The translations under genes and the position numbers were made by a program. Of a DNA stretch of 64,000 bases, positions 58,168-64,000 are shown one piece after another. The DNA comes from Scyliorhinus canicula (lineage: Eukaryota), in contig NC_052158.1 in assembly GCF_902713615.1 (NCBI RefSeq), positions 42,681,159-42,745,158 on the forward strand, read 5' to 3'. Under the pieces are notes generated by a model. The model was given only the letters and a program-made list of their open reading frames with translations. It had not been told where the DNA came from and searched no databases. Each line of letters starts with the position of its first letter. Position 1 is the first letter of the stretch.

Positions 58168-61100
58168 TGATGTGACCATCAATTCACAAGAGACGTGATT
58201 GGAAGTGAACACTGGTTTTAATAATCTTACAACAGAGCCTGCCTACAACGAGATGAACTGGCAGCAGGCTCACGACTGCAGGGCTTTATACTTCTAGTTA
58301 GTGGGAGGAGCCATGGGCGGAGCCAAGGATGGAGCCCAGTACAAACTCCTCATCTCCCCCCATGGGCAGAGCCACGCAACGGCTCGTTTACAGAGCTTAC
58401 AAGGACACAATACATATAATGGAACACAGTGTGAATTACTCTGTTTATAATTCACCACATTCACCCCCTGTAAAAAGAAATGAAGTCCGGCGGGGGTGAT
58501 GGGTCTACAAATTGAGCCGGTCCGGCGGCCGAGTCGTCCTTTGGGATCGATGAAGCACCGGGGTTGCAGCCTCTTCTGGTGGCTGGGTGGTGGCGGTCAG
58601 TGAGGGTACGATGGTGGACTCTGGGGGTGATTCGGTCCGAGCTTTGTACCCGGCTGGTTCGACTGGCGATGGGGAGCGCCGGAAACCCATAGGCGCGGGG
58701 GCGCGGAGCACGGGCAGTGAACCTGTGCGGGCGTAGGGCGCGGAGGGTTGTGCGGGGTGTAGTGTGAGGGGTACCTTGGCGGTAGTAGTGGTGGGATTGG
58801 ATCCTGCGACGCCAGGTCCCGGAGGGAAACAGTGTCCTGACGACCGTCAGGGTATTCGATGAAAGCGTATTGAGGGTTGGAGTGGAGTAGGAGCACTCTT
58901 TCTACGAGTGGGTCAGTTTTGTGTGCCCAGACATGCTTCCAGAGGAGAACCAGGCCTGGTGTCTTCAACCATGCCGGGAGCGAAACCCCCGTGGTAGTGC
59001 CCCTAGAAAAAACAAATAGCCGTTCGTGAGGGGCCTGGTTGGTGGCTGTGCATAGGAGGGACCTAATAGCATGGAGCGCGTCGGGGAGGACCTCCTGCCA
59101 ATGGGAGGTCGGGAGATTCCTGGATCGGAGGGTCAGTAGGACGGTCTTCTAGACCGTCGTGTTCTCCCTCTCCACCTGCCCGTTCCCCCTGGGGTTATAG
59201 CTGGTAGTCCTGCTCGAGGCGATGCCCTTGTCGAGCAGGTACTGACGCAGCTCGTCGCTCATAAAGGACGAACCCCTGTCGCTGTGTACGTAGCTGGGGA
59301 AACCAAACAGGGTGAAGATGCTATGCAGGGCCCTAATGACTGTGTGGGAGGTCATATCGGGGAACGGGATGGCAAAGGGGAAGCGGGAGAACTCGTCGAT
59401 GATATTCAGGAAGTACACATTCCGATTGGTCGAGGGGAGTGGCCCTTTGAAATTGACGTTCAGGCATTCAAAGGGCCGGGAGGCCTTTACCAGGTGGGCC
59501 CTGTCTGGTCTATCGAAGTGCGGTTTGCACTCCGCGCAGATCGGGCAATCCCTGGTGATGGCTTTTACCTCCTCGGTGGAGAAAGGCAGATTTTGGGCTT
59601 TGATGTAGTGAGCAAGCCGGATGGCAGAGGTCATTGTGGATAGCTTTCAGGCGGTCGTGTTGCGCGCTGGCACACGTGCAGCGGGACAGGGCATCTGGGG
59701 CTCTTTGAAAGTGGCCTTAAAAGTGGGATTGCTTTGTCCGCATGCTGAGGGACCCACTGGGCATAATAAGAGAAAAATCCCAGGCACCTTTTGAGGGCCC
59801 TGGGACAATGAGGGAGAGCAAGTATACGGCCCGGGTCGAGGCCCAGGACTCCGTTTTCCACGGCATTGTCGAGGATGGCTAGCCTGGTCATGCGGAAAAC
59901 GCATTTCTCTGCGTTATACATGAGGTTGAGTTTCTGAGCAGTCTGGAGAAATCGATGGAGGTTAGCTTCGTGGTCCTGCTGGTCACGGCCGCTGATGGTG
60001 ACGTTGTCCAAGTACGGAAACGTGGCCCGCAGCCCGTACTGGCCCACCATTCGGTCCATTGCTCATTGGGACACCGAGACCCCATTCGTGAGGCCAAAGG
60101 GAACCCGGAGGAAATGGAAGAGGCGGCCATCTGCCTCAAACGCCGTGTAGTGGCGGTCCTCCGGGTGGATTGGGAGCTGGTGGTATGCAGACTTCAGATC
60201 CACCGTGGAAAAAATGCGATACTGGGCGATCTGATTCACCATGTCTGCAATCCTGGGGAGGGGGTACGCATCGAGGAACGTGAACCGATTAATGGTTTGG
60301 CTATAGTCCACTACCATTCGAAATTTTTCCCCGGTCTTGACGACCATCACCTGAGCTCTCCAGGGCTGTTACTGGCCTTTATGACTCCCTCACATAAGAG
60401 CCGCTGGACCTCGGTTCTGATAAACACCCTGTCCTGCAGGCTGTACCGCCTGCTGCGAGTGGCTACAGGTTTGCAGTCCGGAATGAGATTGGCAAAGAGT
60501 GGAGGTGGGTCGATTTTTAGCATCGCTAGACTGCAGATAGTGAGTGGAGGTAGCGGCCTGCCGAAGCTGAGTGTGAGGCTTTTGAGGTTGCACTGGAAGT
60601 CGAGTCCCAGTAAGAGTGGGGCGCAGAGCTCGGGGAGAACGTATAGCTGGAAGTTCGAGTAGCTGGCGCCCTGAATCGTTAGGGTCGCGATTGTGTGCTC
60701 TTGGAGGTGAACAGAGTGTGAGCCCGAAGCGAGGGAGATTTGCCATGCATGGAAGATAGGGAGCGAAAAGCGTCTTACCAGATCTGGGTGTACGAAGCTC
60801 TCGGTGCTTCCAGAGTCGAAGAGGCACGGTGTACTGTACCCGTTGATTTTAACGGTCATCATCGAGTTACGGAGGTGTTTCGGACGCGACTGGTCCAATG
60901 TGACTGCGTTGAGTTGCGGGTAGTCGGCAGCTCGATCAGCTGTGCTGGAGTGGCCCCGTGATGACTGTCTGCTGAGGTCGTAGTCTTCGAGGTGAGTTTG
61001 TGTTTGAAGAGGCAACATGGTGTGGGGCTACAGGGGCTGGCGCGGAATAAAGGAGGCCCCCAGCCCGAGCAGCCGGCCCACCGATTGGTGGGCCCTGATC

Positions 61101-62430
61101 GTGGGCCAGGCCACAGCTGAGGCCCCCAGCGGTGTCGGCCCCCTCCCCCCACCAGCAGGCAGCCCCGGACCAAGATGGCCGCCCCCGTGGATCGCACGTG
61201 GTGGGCGGTGAGGAAGATGGCGTCCAAGATGGCGGCCCCCATGAGTCGCACGTGTCGGTTGGGGGCGGAGTCGGCATACAGGCCGCAGCATTTTGGGGCC
61301 TGCGGGCCTGCGAGTTTTGGAAGCGAGTGCTGTGGGCTGCGGGAGAGTTTGGAGAGGGGCATTTCTTTGCCAGGCAGACCCGGGCATAGTGTCCTTTGCG
61401 ACCGCAGCTGCTGCAGGCCGCGTTGCGGGCCGGGCAGTGCTGCCCTGGGTGTTGGGGCTGACCACAAAAATGGCACACTGGTGCTGTATAGTGGGTCGGT
61501 GGCCGCCCAGCGCAGGGCTGGGGTAGTCGCTGGTCGGAGGCCCAGGATGGGGTCGTTTGGTCCACGGGGGCGAGGTGAGACTGCGGAACGAGACCTCCAT
61601 GGTTGTAGCTAACTCCACAGTGTCCTCCAATCTGGGCCCCTTTTTCAAGCAACCGCTGGCGCACGTAGTTTGACCTGAACCCTACCACATACACATCCCG
61701 CCCGGACAGCGAGCTCCATATGCTGGGCGGCTGATACAGCTTGATAATTGCTGTCCCGAGCTAAGGCTTTTAAATCGCACAGGAATTCATCCAGCGACTC
61801 CGCGGGGAGCTGGCGGCTGGTCGTAAAAATGTGGCGCGCGTAGACCTCATTGATGGGTCTCACGTACATTTGATCGAGCATGGCCAGGGCCTCCGTATAC
61901 GAGGAAGTACTGTTTAGTTGAGTAGAGATACGGTGGCTCACCCTTACGTGCAGTAGGCTGAGTTTCTGCTCTTCCGTAGTTTCTGAAGTGCTTGATTCAG
62001 CCAGGTAGGCCTTGAAACATCGGAGCCAGTGTAGAAAGATTTCTCTTGCCTCTGCAGCCTGCGGGTCGAGTTCTAATCGGTAAGGTTTGAGGGCTGATTC
62101 CAAAGTAGTTTTCTTCAAGTTTCCTAAGATTATTAGATTGATGTGACCATCAATTCACAAGACACTTGATTGGAAGTGAACAGTGGATTTAATAATCTTA
62201 CAACAGAACCTGCCTGCGGCGAGATAAACTGGCAGCAGGTTCACGACTGCAGGGCTTTATACTTCCAGTTAGTGGGGGGAGCCATGGGCAGAGCAACGGA
62301 TGGAGCCCAGTACAAACTCCTCGTCTCCCCCCATGGGCAGAGCCGCGCAACGGCTCGTATACAGAGCCTACAAGGACACAATACATATAATGGAACACAG
62401 TGTGAATTACTCTGTTTATAATTCACCACA
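58168..62430 (-). mobile_element. Mirror copy of the same Gypsy insertion, with RNase H region deleted and an insertion in gag
   Basis: LTRs 62139-62430 and 58168-58459 with the same ATAGT TSD. A ~430 bp RNase H deletion lies near 59710, extra sequence is present ~61010-61160, and protease CLFDSGST is intact. Confidence 0.93.
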
Positions 62431-62950
62431 ACTATATTGACAAGAAACTGTCCTCTGAAGTTATTTTTTAAAGCACAATACTCAATTATATTCTGCAGCC
62501 TTTGTTTAATGCAGAAAATTGTCCATTTCCTTTTGCTTTCTCCAGGCACTTTCCATGATGGAGGAATCCCTTAGTATCAATTTTCCAGGGAAAGCTGTTA
62601 AAATTTTGCTGGGACACTTTATCTCATTCAAAAGTCTTCACAACTAAAACACTAGTGTTTCTGACTGACCTGTAATCTCTATTGTTTTCCTTGATGGCAT
62701 TTCCTTTTTTTCTTCTCATGACTTAGTCGAGGCTTATTTCAGAAAAATAACTGCACAGAAGCAGTCCATGTTGATATGCAGCAAGACCTGGACAGCATTC
62801 CAGGCAGGGGTCACCTGAAGAAGGAGCCGTGCTCCGAAAGCTCGTGTTTGAAACAAACCTGTTGGACTTTAACCTGGTGTTGTAAGACTTCTTACTGTGC
62901 TCACCCCAGTCCAACGCCGGCATCTCCACATCGGGGTTATAAGTGGCAAG

Positions 62951-63850
62951 GATGACTTGACTTCCGGGCGGCGAGCGAGGAGGTCGCAGGGAGAGGGGCT
63001 CCCGCAAGCGGCAGACAAGAAGAACAACCCCCCCCCCCCCCCCCGACAGGCCGGACGGCGGAGGAGGAGCGCCGGCAAAGGAGCCGGAGCAGGAGCGGAG
63101 GAGCCGGAGCGGAGGAGCCGGAGCGGAGGAGCGGAGGAGCCGGAGCGGGAGCGGAGGAGCCGGAGCGGAGGAGCCGGAGCGGAGGAGCGGAGGAGCCGGA
63201 GCGGGAGCGGAGGAGCCGGAGCGGAGGAGCCGGAGCGGCAGCGGAGCGGCGACAGGGGGGCCCAACAGCAGCAGGTCCATCCCCTCTCCCTCCCCCCCCC
63301 CCCCCCCACGCGGGCCAGGAGCGGTGCGGCGGCGGCGGCGGCCCCTCTTCTCTCCCCCCCACCCCCCCACGCGGGCCAGGAGCGGTGCGGCGGCGGCGGC
63401 CCCTCTTCTCTCCCCCCCCCCCCACGCGGGCCAGGAGCGGTGCGGCGGCGGCGGCCCCTCTTCTCTCCCCCCCCCCCCCCCCCCACGCGGGCCAGGAGCG
63501 GTGCGGCGGCGGCGGCCCCTCTTCTCTTCCCCCCCCCCCCCCCCCCCCCAGCCAGCAGCGGGGACACAACCCCCCCCCCCCCCCAGCCAGCAGCGGGGAC
63601 ACAACCCCCCCCCCCCCCCCCCAGCCAGCAGCGGGGACACAACCCCCCCCCCCCCCCCAGCCAGCAGCGGGGACACAACCCCCCCCCCCCCCCCAGCCAG
63701 CAGCGGGGACACAACCCCCCCCCCCCCCCAGCCAGCAGCGGGGACACAACCCCCCCCCCCCCCCAGCCAGCAGCGGGGACCCCCCCCCCCCCAACCAGCA
63801 GCGACCACCGGCCCACTCGCCCCTCCCCCCCCCCCCAACTGCTGTGACCA
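62951..63850 (+). repeat. CpG-rich compound tandem repeats, probably within an L1-clade 5' UTR
   Basis: Begins gacttccgggcggcgagcg, followed by (GCGGAGGAGCCGGA)n, 4 copies of a ~55-bp unit, and ~7 copies of cagccagcagcggggacacaac-poly(C). Confidence 0.55.
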
Positions 63851-64000
63851 CCACGTGGCAAAGACAAAGGGACTCTCTCTCCTGGTTGAGTGGGGAAAAA
63901 AGAAAAAAGAGACTTGTATTTCTGTTCTTCCCAAAAGAAAACTGGTAAAGAGAAAAGGGGTAGGGGAAATAAATTTAAAAAAAAAATATATATATATATA

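Larger units (their letters stand above)
26935..62950 (+). repeat. Right arm of the inverted duplication, carrying ~16 kb not present in the left arm
   Basis: 28870-36332 mirrors 9610-17945, 41023-45300 mirrors 7484-9575, and 56503-62950 mirrors 561-7480. Right-only blocks are 36333-41022, ~45300-56502 and 62810-62932. Confidence 0.92.

Noticed and set aside
62723-63948. Gly/Pro/Arg-rich ORFs of 187-403 aa on both strands
   Set aside because: These are low-complexity GC repeats open in several frames.
1-64000. MHC class II alpha exons 3-4 (Ig C1, TM) or a class II beta gene
   Set aside because: No C1-set motifs (LIC...FYP, YSCxVxH) were found on either strand, so they presumably lie outside the window.

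Overview
Vertebrate genomic DNA, almost certainly a cartilaginous fish (elasmobranch-type SINE/CR1 repeats and a shark-type MHC leader; catshark-like is an inference). No rRNA, tRNA gene or CRISPR array was seen. The only host gene is an MHC class II alpha chain gene, which the ORF track shows only in part: an X-box/Y-box promoter (24002-24044), leader exon 1 (24183-24249, +) and alpha-1 exon 2 (41165-41413, +). A second intact but strongly diverged alpha-1 exon lies on the opposite strand (9202-9450). The window is a giant inverted duplication: left arm ~561-19181 mirrors right arm ~26935-62950. The arms flank a unique ~7 kb spacer holding the only promoter and leader exon, so two alternative peptide-binding exons point away from one promoter. 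This is either a real (possibly invertible) two-choice locus or two ancient allelic haplotypes joined by scaffolding. The left arm is attached through a gap of exactly 500 N, so the assembly explanation is serious. The rest is nested transposable elements (self-priming-type Ty3/Gypsy elements, solo LTRs, CR1, L1-clade, L2, SINEs, DNA transposons) and several minisatellites, including a 3.6 kb array amplified from a SINE head and a ~50-copy AP-1-site array. The very long ORFs in the track are repeat artefacts.
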